A DNA stretch of 21,304 bases from Planctomycetota bacterium (GTDB lineage Bacteria; Planctomycetota; PLA2; JAEUHO01), in the NCBI GenBank assembly GCA_050248855.1, contig JBFWRP010000045.1, positions 1-21,304 on the forward strand. Reading direction: 5' to 3'. Below the pieces are notes generated by a model. That model saw nothing but the letters and a program-made list of their open reading frames with translations, searched no databases and had not been told where the DNA came from. A program made the position numbers and the translations under genes. Below are positions 20,941-21,304 of the stretch, piece by piece; position 1 is the first letter of the stretch, and each line of letters begins with the position of its first letter.

Positions 20941-21115
20941 GCGGCGTCCTCCGGGCCCGACGGCGCGGGCCGTCCCCCCTTATCCGGGGCCCGGGTTGGG
21001 CCCGCAACCCCTGCACGGGCGGGTACCCGTTCACCTTCCCCGAGCACCGGCCGTCAAGGGCCCGTAGACGCCGCTCTGAGCGGAGAGCGACCTCCACTCA
21101 TCGGGTCGCCACGGG

Positions 21116-21240
21116 CCGTGAGGGGTGCAGGGGGACCGTGAGGGGTGCAAGGGGGACCGTGAGGGGTGCAGGGGGGACCGTGAGGGGTGCAGGGGGGACC
21201 GTGAGGGGTGCAGGGGGGACCGTGAGGGGTGCAGGGGGGG
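21116..21240. repeat. Six tandem copies of a 20-21-bp G-rich unit CCGTGAGGGGTGCAGGGGGGA
   Basis: Units start at 21116, 21136, 21157, 21178, 21199 and 21220. Confidence 0.95.
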
Positions 21241-21304
21241 TACGGAATAGCCCCCCTGCTGCGCAGGCGAAGCCGGAGCACCGAATCCGCGCGGTAGCGC
21301 GGAA
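21220..21304. repeat. Inverted copy of the 85-bp element at 643-727 (runs to the window end)
   Basis: Reverse complement matches 643-727 at 82/85 positions by manual alignment. Confidence 0.92.

Noticed and set aside
21116..21240. CRISPR array or coding repeat (PPCTPHG ORF 21054..21281)
   Set aside because: There are no spacers, and the ORF is simply the translation of a non-coding repeat also present at 643-727

Overview
Very GC-rich bacterial DNA, probably Planctomycetota or another PVC lineage (inferred from the L28 'GLAKSKGGVG' insert, the prenyltransferase-repeat proteins and the kinase/FHA content). Left half, minus strand: pcrA/uvrD translationally coupled to an FHA-GAF-AAA(sigma54)-HTH activator, then a near-consensus sigma54 -24/-12 promoter, then two membrane-anchored FHA proteins, the first ending in a CAP/SCP domain. 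Centre, plus strand: rpmB and an OMF-MFP-RND efflux operon. Right, minus strand: a soluble Hanks-type Ser/Thr kinase followed by two tandem paralogues that seem to join an ExbD/TolR-like segment to a prenyltransferase/squalene-cyclase-type barrel. Both ends of the window lie in non-coding palindromic repeats. A modular REP/BIME-like mosaic spans 1-762, and an 85-bp element at 643-727 recurs inverted at 21220-21304, where its terminal ~21 bp is present in six tandem copies. The best candidate new system is a phosphothreonine/FHA circuit feeding a sigma54 promoter that controls trans-envelope FHA proteins. All calls were read by eye; no searches were run.
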